DNA of 64,000 bases from a virus: positions 96,001 to 160,000 of the IMG/VR virus record IMGVR_UViG_3300038415_000014. The stretch is one strand, 5' to 3'. Made by a program: the position numbers and the translations under genes. Positions within the stretch are counted from its first letter, which is position 1; the number at the start of each line of letters is the position of its first letter. This document shows, in pieces, positions 55,736 through 64,000 of the stretch. A model generated the notes under the pieces. That model searched no databases, was not told the origin of the DNA, and was given only the letters and a program-made list of their open reading frames with translations.

Positions 55736-57922
55736 TCACTCAGTTACACCAGACTTGATTGCTTCCAGAATAGCTTTTCCAAATCCAGTGTTTCTAGCCA
55801 CAACCTTGTCATTATCGATTGCCCGTTGAACAGCTCCGCGATCCCCAAGAACCCAAACCCTCTTCTTTGCGCGAGTAACAGCAGTATAGAACAAGTTTCT
55901 CTGAAGCATGCGTCCATGCTCCCTCACCATAGGCAGTATTATGATGTCAAATTCGCTACCCTGACACTTGTGGACGGTTATCGCGTAGGCCAAACGAAGC
56001 TTCTGGATTACTTCATTGCGAGGGATCTCGACTATGGCATCGAGCCCATCCTCACCCAAACCATGGATTCTAATCTTCAGGTGGTCGGAACGAATGTCCG
56101 CAAGCTTACCCATATCCCCGTTGTAGATCCCACGCTTGTAGTCGTTCTTGACCACCATCAAGCGATCACCAACCCTGAACTGAAGCTTACCAAAAGCCAC
56201 CTCCATCTTGCCAGGACCAGGTGGATTTAGTACCTCGCGCAAGCGCTCATTCAAGTTCGTAACCCCCACGATACCATCGTACTTGGGGGACAAGATCTGG
56301 AAGTTAGCGTCCCGCCCCTTGAGCTTCACAGCCATCTTTAGGACCAGATCTATTATTCTAGCGTCATCGAGAGAGACGAACCTGAAGTCTGAGTTATCAT
56401 CTCCAGTCAGGATGCTCTCACCACGATTGATCCTGTGCGAGTTGACTACAATTTCACTCTTCTGAGCTTGCCGGAAGATCTGAGTCAACCTAACTGTAGG
56501 GATTGCCGGACACCGTACAAGGTCGCGCAGAACACTACCGGGGCCGACGGACGGGAGCTGCGCGTCGTCACCTACGAGAACCAGAATGGTACCCTCCTGC
56601 AGAGAGCTAACTACCCGGAAGAACAATTCCTGGTCCACCATCGACATTTCATCAATGATTACCGCGCCTACCGGGTACTTGTTCCACTCGTTGTAACCCC
56701 ACTCCTCACCATTGTATTTGAAGGTACGATGGATTGTAGCAGCCTCCTGCCCGGTAACCATAGCTACTCGCTTAGCGGCGATCCCCGTCGGCGCCATCAA
56801 GCTGAAACCAACCCCAGCTCTTTGAAACAACTCGACGAACGTCTTGATTACAGTGGTCTTTCCAGTACCTGGTCCTCCCGTTAGGACCAGAACTCGATTG
56901 CTGATCAGTTCATTGACAGCATTCTGCTGGGCTTCGGATAGCTTGATTTGATGAGTGTTTTCGTAGGTATCCAAGAACTCTTTGATATCAACGTCGATGG
57001 CGATAGGAGTCTTGAACCGAACCAGGTACTCTGCAGACCGGCGTTCGTAGTTATACAGGTCTGGGAGATAGACCCCAACATCAGGGTCGACGACCACTTT
57101 CCCTTTGGCCTCCAACCTAGCCGTTGCATCCATCAGATCCTTCGATAGGTCCAAACTCTCGAAGGTATCAACCTCAGACTTGAGTGACTCTCGAAGACTC
57201 ATCGAGAGGTCACCTCTGCGAACACACAAGTGACCGGACTGGGACGCCTCCCGCAGAACCCACAAAACAGCCCCTTCAAACCGACGAGGATCATTCTTCG
57301 GAATCCCACGGGATTCAGCGATCTCGTCAACCTTGTCGAACTCAAAACCCTCAATCTCCATGAGGCTATAGGGGTTGTTAGAGATGATCTTGCGCGCCTC
57401 TGAGCCAAAAGCATTGAATAGTGCTTTCATTTGCTCCGATGACACATCGTGATCAGCGAGGAGGGAAGACAACTCAGAACTGGTGACGGCTTCGGTCCAA
57501 GAGCTGAGTAGTGATGAGGCCGCCTCTTGATCAAACCCCTCGACCTCCAACAAGCGATTCGGATCCTCTGAGAGGATCCGAAAGGCGTCCTTTCCAAAGG
57601 CATCCACCAAAGCACAGATCTTAGATTCTTCTAGGATACCGAGACTATAGCGAAGAAAGTTCTCGACACCGACGTCAGAACTAGCCCACGGCCCCCACCC
57701 ATTGAAGTCGAATTGCTTGCCAAACTTCGGATGAGATACCCACTTTCCAAACAACTCAAGCGGAACCCCGGCCACCACCCCTTGAATTCCAAAGAACCTC
57801 CCCTTGCAGACTACCTTGCGGTCATGCGAATAAGGGTCGGCCGTCGAAGGCTCTACAGTGAGGATGTAAAAGTCATCAGCTTTATGGATGATACCAGTTA
57901 CCAGAACTTTGAGTGAAATCAT
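55736..57922 (-). CDS. recD2: RecD2-like SF1B helicase
   Basis: GGPGTGKTT, APTGIAA, IIDEMSM, VGDDAQLPSV, YAITVHKCQGSE, YTAVTRAK. Confidence 0.92.
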   Translation of the reverse strand: MISLKVLVTGIIHKADDFYILTVEPSTADPYSHDRKVVCKGRFFGIQGVVAGVPLELFGKWVSHPKFGKQFDFNGWGPWASSDVGVENFLRYSLGILEESKICALVDAFGKDAFRILSEDPNRLLEVEGFDQEAASSLLSSWTEAVTSSELSSLLADHDVSSEQMKALFNAFGSEARKIISNNPYSLMEIEGFEFDKVDEIAESRGIPKNDPRRFEGAVLWVLREASQSGHLCVRRGDLSMSLRESLKSEVDTFESLDLSKDLMDATARLEAKGKVVVDPDVGVYLPDLYNYERRSAEYLVRFKTPIAIDVDIKEFLDTYENTHQIKLSEAQQNAVNELISNRVLVLTGGPGTGKTTVIKTFVELFQRAGVGFSLMAPTGIAAKRVAMVTGQEAATIHRTFKYNGEEWGYNEWNKYPVGAVIIDEMSMVDQELFFRVVSSLQEGTILVLVGDDAQLPSVGPGSVLRDLVRCPAIPTVRLTQIFRQAQKSEIVVNSHRINRGESILTGDDNSDFRFVSLDDARIIDLVLKMAVKLKGRDANFQILSPKYDGIVGVTNLNERLREVLNPPGPGKMEVAFGKLQFRVGDRLMVVKNDYKRGIYNGDMGKLADIRSDHLKIRIHGLGEDGLDAIVEIPRNEVIQKLRLAYAITVHKCQGSEFDIIILPMVREHGRMLQRNLFYTAVTRAKKRVWVLGDRGAVQRAIDNDKVVARNTGFGKAILEAIKSGVTE

Positions 57923-59808
57923 GAACTTATGAGAGAGATGAACTCCTCCTCAGAGATGCACTTGGTTCCGTACTTGCGCGCCGTAGCAGCCTTGGTCGTA
58001 CCCGTATCTGCTAGGACTAGATAGGTTAGTTTCCTGGTGACAGAGTTCTTCACCTCCCCACCACGGTCCTTGACCATCTGCTCCAAGTCACCTCTCTTGT
58101 GTTCCATCTCCCCGGTAAAACAGAAGTACATCCCGGAGAACTTACCTCGAACTGGCTCCTGTACTCGGACTCCGATCTTGTCCAACTCGTCTACGACTTG
58201 GCTGTTTTCCCTGATCCACTTGCAGAGCACGGAGGCCTTAACCGGCCCTATGCCCTTGACTTTACTCAAGGTTTCTATACTCAACCCTCGCAACTTGTAG
58301 ATGTCATCGTACCCGGAGTCCATCAAGAGCCGAATCGTGGACTGGGCGATCCCAGGGATACAGAAGGACCCCAACATCAGGTCGAGGGGTAGGATCTTCT
58401 TCTCGTGGAGCAATCCCAGGACCTTGGCTGCAGAGGTTGACCCCATGCGCTCAAGGCCCGCTACCTGGTCCTCGGTGAGCCGGTACAGGTCGATAATCGA
58501 CTTGACCAACCCTGTCGAAGTCAGCTTCTCCAACAGGACATCACCCCACTCCAGGATACCAAGATTGGTGAGCCACTGAGACAGCCTACCGACGACTTGA
58601 GCCGAACAAACATCCCTATTGGGACAGATGTGGAACTCACCTTCCTGGACGACCCCAGCCCCACACGAAGGGCAAGTGGCTGGGGCGGCCGCGATAGTCC
58701 CAACCCCTTCTGTTACAGAGACCACGCGCGGAATCACATCGTTGGCCCGAGCTACTAGAATCTTTGATCCCACGTCAAGCTTCAGAGTGTTGATGTATCT
58801 CCAGTTGTAGAGGCTAGCATTCACAACCTGAGCACCTAGTAGATTGACGGTGTCAAAGTTGGCTACTGGAGTGATCCTACCGGTACCGCCCGTCTGCCAA
58901 GTGATACTACGAAGAACACTTTCACGAGTGACCGGTGCAAACTTGAAGGCTACTGCCCCGACGGGACGCATATCCTTCACACCCAAACCCTCTTGTTTGT
59001 CCAGGTTGTTGATGGATATTACCAAACCGTCAATATCATAGTTCAATTGGTCGCGCTTGGATTGGTGGTATTCAACCCAAACATCGAGGGGTGTCCGAGA
59101 TCCAGGCATCTTCGATAAGCCCCACCCAGGTGTGTGCAAGCCCATGGAATCGATGAACTTGAACTGGTCAGCTTCAGTTTCGAGCTTAGGGCCTCCCAGA
59201 ACCTTGTAGAATAGCACTGTGAGGTGCTCGCAACTCTGACCATCGTAGCGCTTTGCTATGCCACTGGCGGCATTTCGAGTGTTGGCATAGTTAGCCTTGA
59301 AGTACATCTCGAAGTCAGTCTTTCGAATGATGATCTCGCCACGTACTAGACAGGTGGTTCTTCTTGGAATCTTGTCTGGAACCCCTTGCATCCTGGCCAC
59401 ATTGACCGTTATATCCTCCCCGATCTTCCCGTCACCCCGCGTCAGTGCTTGGGTGAGTTTACCATTGACATAACGTACTGAGACCGAGATACCATCAAGC
59501 TTCTCGGACCAAAGAAGCTCCTCACCCGGAGCGTAAGCAGTAACCCACTCAGACATCTCCTCAAGAGTGTTGACCTTGTCCAGAGATCCCATCTGGACGG
59601 TATGTTTGACCTTGACCCACTCAGAAACAGGAGGAGAGCCCACCAGCTTCAAGTAGTGGCTTACTGCATTCAAGTCTGACAGCTCGTCTACCCAAGCATC
59701 ATAGACCTCATCTTGGACTGTCGGAGTCTTGTTGTAGTAGTCATCTCGCGCTTTGGAGATCAACCCCTCAAGCTCCTTGATCCGATCTTCCTCTTGATAG
59801 GTAGTCAT
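57919..59808 (-). CDS. ligA: NAD-dependent DNA ligase
   Basis: EKLDG, TRGDG, VRGE, DGLV, AFKF, Cys zinc finger, HhH, BRCT; start moved to 59808. Confidence 0.94.
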   Translation of the reverse strand: MTTYQEEDRIKELEGLISKARDDYYNKTPTVQDEVYDAWVDELSDLNAVSHYLKLVGSPPVSEWVKVKHTVQMGSLDKVNTLEEMSEWVTAYAPGEELLWSEKLDGISVSVRYVNGKLTQALTRGDGKIGEDITVNVARMQGVPDKIPRRTTCLVRGEIIIRKTDFEMYFKANYANTRNAASGIAKRYDGQSCEHLTVLFYKVLGGPKLETEADQFKFIDSMGLHTPGWGLSKMPGSRTPLDVWVEYHQSKRDQLNYDIDGLVISINNLDKQEGLGVKDMRPVGAVAFKFAPVTRESVLRSITWQTGGTGRITPVANFDTVNLLGAQVVNASLYNWRYINTLKLDVGSKILVARANDVIPRVVSVTEGVGTIAAAPATCPSCGAGVVQEGEFHICPNRDVCSAQVVGRLSQWLTNLGILEWGDVLLEKLTSTGLVKSIIDLYRLTEDQVAGLERMGSTSAAKVLGLLHEKKILPLDLMLGSFCIPGIAQSTIRLLMDSGYDDIYKLRGLSIETLSKVKGIGPVKASVLCKWIRENSQVVDELDKIGVRVQEPVRGKFSGMYFCFTGEMEHKRGDLEQMVKDRGGEVKNSVTRKLTYLVLADTGTTKAATARKYGTKCISEEEFISLISS

Positions 59809-59818
59809 AGGCGAACCC

Positions 59819-60103
59819 TTAGTTCGAACCTGGCTCTTCCGGGGTGTTACCTTCAAGGGCCTTCTTGTGCAATTCCTCAATGATTGAGACAGAGGCCATA
59901 GGAGTCAGAATGAATCGGACTTCTTTACCGTCCAATAGAGCCAGGGGAGGGATCGGGTCAAAAGAAAGAGGGTTGCCCGTCTTCGGATGCACTGTCCGAA
60001 TGGTTACGTGCCCGTTCAACGGGTCGACCTCGACGGTCCCTTCAACAATGTAGATCCCCAATTTTTCTGCATCGATTGGGGTACCTGGATTCGAGTCACT
60101 CAT
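59819..60103 (-). CDS. Hypothetical protein (94 aa)
   Basis: ORF fills the gap upstream of ligA. Confidence 0.5.
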   Translation of the reverse strand: MSDSNPGTPIDAEKLGIYIVEGTVEVDPLNGHVTIRTVHPKTGNPLSFDPIPPLALLDGKEVRFILTPMASVSIIEELHKKALEGNTPEEPGSN

Positions 60104-60318
60104 GCGGACTGTTTACACCGAATGAACAGCAGGATGAACAAGGTCCGGACCTTGAGCAGTCTCCTTACATTGAGCAGCCTGAATAGCCTCGTCAAGGTAA
60201 TCTCTTCAATGAAGAGATTGAGCAGACTCGTGACGGTCACTGAGTGATCTTCTTATAGGACCTTAAAGTAGTAAGAGCCGACAGTGTCCAACTACCGGCT
60301 CTTGGGTTAGGGTTTTAG

Positions 60319-60435
60319 TCAGCGTTGAATACTAACCAAAACAGTCGTGTGAATGTTGATGGTGTGACTAGCCGAGTCCTGCGAAGACAAAGCTAGCCAC
60401 CCCACCAACGCCAAGACGATAAATAATCGTCTCAC
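60319..60435 (-). CDS. 38-aa small hydrophobic peptide
   Basis: Translated by hand: MRRLFIVLALVGWLALSSQDSASHTINIHTTVLVSIQR; strong TAGGAGGT RBS before a GTG start. Confidence 0.55.
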   Translation of the reverse strand: MRRLFIVLALVGWLALSSQDSASHTINIHTTVLVSIQR

Positions 60436-60525
60436 GGGTGCTACCTCCTATGAGGTGCTAGATTACTGGGGGCATCCCCAGAAGAGCAGCACTATGCGCT
60501 CTCACATATAGCGACCAGACAAGTG

Positions 60526-61461
60526 CTATATTCTGTTTTGCTGGGGTACAACTACTTTTGATCCCTTCTTAGAATTACACGACCTGCAAGCTGGTTTAAC
60601 GTTGGAGGCGGTATGTAACCCACCGTTTTTGAGTGATACAACGTGATCCATAGTCTTGGCATCTGGAACCCCACAGTACGCGCACTGATGGTCGTACTTT
60701 TCCAAGATCTCTTGCCACTGCTCGAACGTAAGGTCATCCCCTGGGCCGCGGAGGAGATGCTTGTAGTACATGTTGAAAGTCGACCTAGTTAGATTTCCAG
60801 GAACAAAAACCCCTTCTCTAGGTTTGCTCGTTCTTTTACCCATGGGAGTAGTGAAAGCTCTCTCCACAGACCACCCTTTATTGAGGCGTTTACCAAGAGC
60901 GGTTCTAGGCTTTCCAAGCCTACGAGCCCACTCAGCCAGGATGAGTGTCTAACCCATGTAAGTAATAAATTTGTTACTACCACGATTTCTAGCCTGTTCC
61001 AAGCTAGTAACCCAACGACAATTACCAGGTTTGTATCCTTCAAAGGATCTAGCCCTATCCAATGAGTAGCCAGGGGGCCTCTCACCCATATCTTTTAGAA
61101 ACTCCTCGAAAGAGTTCCTCCACTTAGGGTCCATTGTGATACCCAGCGCTCCATACTTACGATAGGAAACATGCTTTGGATCTTCACAACGAGCTATAGC
61201 ACCCTTCCAAACTTTATAGGTCGGGGACTCCTTACCACCACGCAGATGACCGTGTTTGGCCGCTGCTATACTCCTAGATACCAGTCGCTCCTTGTGTAAA
61301 CACCCACAAGAACGAGTATAGCCCATACTAAGGTTGGTCCCACTCACTTCAACCATTGTTCCGCAAGAGCAAAGGCAAAGCCAAACTTTGCTGTGGGACC
61401 GTCTCTTAGGAGTCAACTCAATCACGGTCAGTCGCCCAATAACCTGCCCAAGCACTATCAT
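60526..61461 (-). pseudogene. Two-domain HNH homing endonuclease interrupted by an in-frame TAG (60949-60951)
   Basis: ORFs 60949..61461 and 60526..60867 are in the same frame; ITYMG*TLILAEWARRLG...RLNKGWSVERAFTTP continues the family motif; C-terminal CAYC...DH...N...CxxCN. Confidence 0.75.
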
Positions 61462-61487
61462 GGCTATGAGCAGGTTCTATAGCAGCA

Positions 61488-63434
61488 TCACCGGATGGGG
61501 CAACTTCCGGTCGAGCATTCTTCAACTTCGAAATCTCCGCCACGAACCAAAGGATGCTTGTGATCAATCATCGCGTAGAGTCGTTCGTACTCGTCCTTTG
61601 AGCACTGTTCGTATGGAGCTTGGGCATAACCATGCGCTTTCGGAAGAGTAGAAGTACTTTTGAGAAACGGTACATACTCTTTCAGGCAGTCGGCCAGTTC
61701 CCCACGCTCACTCTCATCGAAGGACAGGGTAGCGGAGACAGCATTGTCGGCCCATGAACCCTGAACAGCCTTCTGCCGATCGAACTGATCACGAATAGCC
61801 TCGTTTTGAACAGTGACATGAGAGTTGAGGGACTTCGTCGGGAAGGCAAACACCCAGGTATGCCCACTCTCATCGTAGACATCGTCTTCAAATGGGACCC
61901 CAGCTTCAGCCATGGCCAACGCCATGGGGTCGTTCTTGGCGATCCTGGTACGTCGTAGGTAGTAATCAGCATAGGGAGCATGGATGCCTGGGCTTGACCC
62001 GTTGAGCAAGGAGATAGTCCCCGAGGGCTTGACCGTTGTTACCGCGATCGGGTCAGCTACCCCTAGCTCTCTTGAGTAAGAACTAGCTTCAGCGCGACAC
62101 AAGTTATACCACCGGCTTAGCTGGGGCTGAGTCCAATCGAAGTCACAGAGGCCCCCAAGGCCTACTCCAACTCGCATGTTCTGCTTCTGGACATTGTCAG
62201 CTCGTTCGTCGAGGAGTGGTGTCAGCCTCTGACGCAAGCAGTAGCGAGTGATGAGCTTAAAGACCAAATCTGGGTCAGTGTTGGACTCAAACTTGGCCGG
62301 GAACACCTCAGCCAAGTTGCATGCCTCACGGTCATGGAGTGGTACCTCACCGCAAGGATTGACCCCTTTGGCTCCGGCATCCGTCTTCCACACTAGTGGT
62401 AGGTTGAGGATTCCTGGCTCCCCACTACCATTCTCGGCCATGTCTTGCACGAGAGAGTCCCAGTCGAAGTTCTGGAGTTGCTCCCATGAACGGAACGCAA
62501 TTGTATTGTTGGACGTATGGCGGTGAGAGACCACTTTGTCCATGTCCTTCTTTGCATCCCGGAAGGCTTGGTCATAGGCATCGCCGATAGCAATCAGAGC
62601 TGAACGACGTACGTTACCCGCCTTAACGCATAGACCGATGTAGTTGGTGATATCTAGAGCCTCAACTGAGCTGAGACGACGACCAGCAGCTCCACGAACT
62701 ATCAACCAGGAGTTGCGCAGTAGGTTGGTGAGGGGACCCGGGCCACAGGCAATACCCCCAAAGGTTCGAATCGGCATACCTCGGGCGCGAACCTCAGAGA
62801 CATCGACAATCAGGTCTTTGGCATAGAAGGCTGAAGTGAGTACGATACGAAGCGCCTCTACCCAACCCTCACGTGAGTCAGGAACCTTGAAGATCGGAGT
62901 CTGCCCGTTGAGGTAGCTCTTGGCATTCGGATTGACGTCATTGACATCAGGATGAATCTCAGAGCACAGAACTGAGAATCTAGCCTGAGGCTCTCGCTGC
63001 ACCACTGGAAGAGTATCAAGCTCCCCTAAACCAACTCCCACACCACCACCGAGCATGAGCTGGTTGGCAGTCCAACACCAATCATCAATGCTATAGAGAG
63101 TAGTGTACCAGCAGTTGTAGCGAGCATCAGCCGGGATCCCCTCTACCCCACCCGTCCAGAGGCCTCGACCTGGAGGGAGTGCTTGACCTGTCCAAAACAG
63201 ATGGAACAAGATCTTGGCTTCTTGCTCGTTGATTGACGCAGCCATAGATAAGTTGGCCTCGACTACACGACGTATGGTATCAGTCCAAGTTTCCCTATCC
63301 CTGCAATACTTGTTGAGGTAAGTAGACCTCGCCAGCAAACTCTGAAAAGGATCGCCTTCTTTGTAGTATGGGGTTAAAAAGTCCTCAGAGAATCGAAAGC
63401 GCTTTGGTTTCAGAGTAGCATTGATGATCAACAT
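61488..63434 (-). CDS. nrdJ: Class II (adenosylcobalamin) ribonucleotide reductase, monomeric RTPR-like
   Basis: PPGRGLW, YNC, NPCGE, KPSGT, C-terminal CSTGSC. Confidence 0.9.
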   Translation of the reverse strand: MLIINATLKPKRFRFSEDFLTPYYKEGDPFQSLLARSTYLNKYCRDRETWTDTIRRVVEANLSMAASINEQEAKILFHLFWTGQALPPGRGLWTGGVEGIPADARYNCWYTTLYSIDDWCWTANQLMLGGGVGVGLGELDTLPVVQREPQARFSVLCSEIHPDVNDVNPNAKSYLNGQTPIFKVPDSREGWVEALRIVLTSAFYAKDLIVDVSEVRARGMPIRTFGGIACGPGPLTNLLRNSWLIVRGAAGRRLSSVEALDITNYIGLCVKAGNVRRSALIAIGDAYDQAFRDAKKDMDKVVSHRHTSNNTIAFRSWEQLQNFDWDSLVQDMAENGSGEPGILNLPLVWKTDAGAKGVNPCGEVPLHDREACNLAEVFPAKFESNTDPDLVFKLITRYCLRQRLTPLLDERADNVQKQNMRVGVGLGGLCDFDWTQPQLSRWYNLCRAEASSYSRELGVADPIAVTTVKPSGTISLLNGSSPGIHAPYADYYLRRTRIAKNDPMALAMAEAGVPFEDDVYDESGHTWVFAFPTKSLNSHVTVQNEAIRDQFDRQKAVQGSWADNAVSATLSFDESERGELADCLKEYVPFLKSTSTLPKAHGYAQAPYEQCSKDEYERLYAMIDHKHPLVRGGDFEVEECSTGSCPIR

Positions 63435-63449
63435 TTGAGGCCAACTCCT

Positions 63450-64000
63450 TTAGGTCGCAAGTTCGTACACAGCCAATTCAACGAGGGTTCTTCGGTGGCT
63501 AGTACGTTTCAGCTCTACATCTAATCTGGATAGCATCTTCATATTGCTGATTAGACCTGCGGTTGTCTGCCTCTCAGCTTGAGGCAGAACGGTCTTGCTG
63601 AAGCGATACGGGTGCATCCCCAAACGACCAGCTATCTCGTCGTTAGGGACCCCCTTGTCCAGCATCGAACGGGCTACGAATAGCCTCTCTACACCTTTGA
63701 TCAAAGCACCCAAAATCATGAGAGATGGGTCCTCTGGAGCATATTTGAAGACCTTGGCTACTTGGTTCAAGGCCCTCTTCCAATTCTTCAAAAATACTGA
63801 GTCAGCTATGTCCCAGGACGCTGTGTTGTCTGAGGGGGCCATGACTAGATCCAAGTGCTTTCGCGTGACTTCCCCGTTATTCACTAGTAGCTTGAGCTTG
63901 TGAAGCTCACTCGACAGACGATACAGGTCATCCCCCGCTACCTGGAACATGATCAGAGCGATGGATCGATCAACCTTCAATCCAATTCTAGCTGATTCAC
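63450..64000 (-). CDS. holA: DNA polymerase III delta subunit, 5' end beyond the window
   Basis: DLYRLSSELHKL, W.IADSV...ALNQ, LGMHPY, LSRLDVELK; frame stays open to the window edge. Confidence 0.8.
   Translation of the reverse strand, partial: ESARIGLKVDRSIALIMFQVAGDDLYRLSSELHKLKLLVNNGEVTRKHLDLVMAPSDNTASWDIADSVFLKNWKRALNQVAKVFKYAPEDPSLMILGALIKGVERLFVARSMLDKGVPNDEIAGRLGMHPYRFSKTVLPQAERQTTAGLISNMKMLSRLDVELKRTSHRRTLVELAVYELAT

Noticed and set aside
1-64000. Genome-wide TAG recoding
   Set aside because: The standard code gives dense, intact long genes. TAG ends about ten genes. Of eight same-strand junctions checked, four are in frame with downstream sequence (9340, 11553, 29740, 60949) and four are not, close to chance; TAA stops show in-frame junctions too (1887, 34369).
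1-64000. tRNA, rRNA or CRISPR arrays
   Set aside because: No cloverleaf-compatible intergenic segment or spaced direct repeats found by eye; TTCGAA-type hits lie inside ORFs. A tRNAscan-SE/Infernal run would confirm.

Overview
A 64 kb segment of a large, probably jumbo, tailed dsDNA bacteriophage genome. It is densely coded in the standard genetic code and almost entirely on the minus strand. About 40-64 kb is a replication/recombination/transcription module: HolA (cut by the window edge), class II RNR, LigA, RecD2, a putative SSB, a RuvC-like resolvase, RecA, SbcC/Rad50 split into two genes, SbcD/Mre11, a Cas4-like PD-(D/E)XK nuclease, beta clamp, DnaG-like primase core, DnaX, a NusG/5'-3' exonuclease fusion and a tandem sigma4-like HTH protein. 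About 11-40 kb is a head module: terminase, type IB topoisomerase, three tandem paralogs, portal, intein-split prohead protease, Gln-rich scaffold, decoration-like protein, HK97-fold major capsid protein, HU and many unknown probable head proteins, with several homing endonucleases interspersed. About 0-11 kb encodes virion surface proteins (Thr/Ser-rich Ig-like repeats, a collagen-like fibre) flanking the only substantial plus-strand gene, a 1322-aa protein with five GT2 glycosyltransferase domains. No tRNA, rRNA, CRISPR array or reverse transcriptase was seen by eye. The best candidates for new biology are a virion-glycosylation cassette, the NusG-nuclease fusion (its linker shares a repeat with Rad50), an Ala-directed head-processing/targeting code that may include TopIB, and Rad50 split at its zinc hook. 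All assignments are from motif recognition only; no database searches were run.
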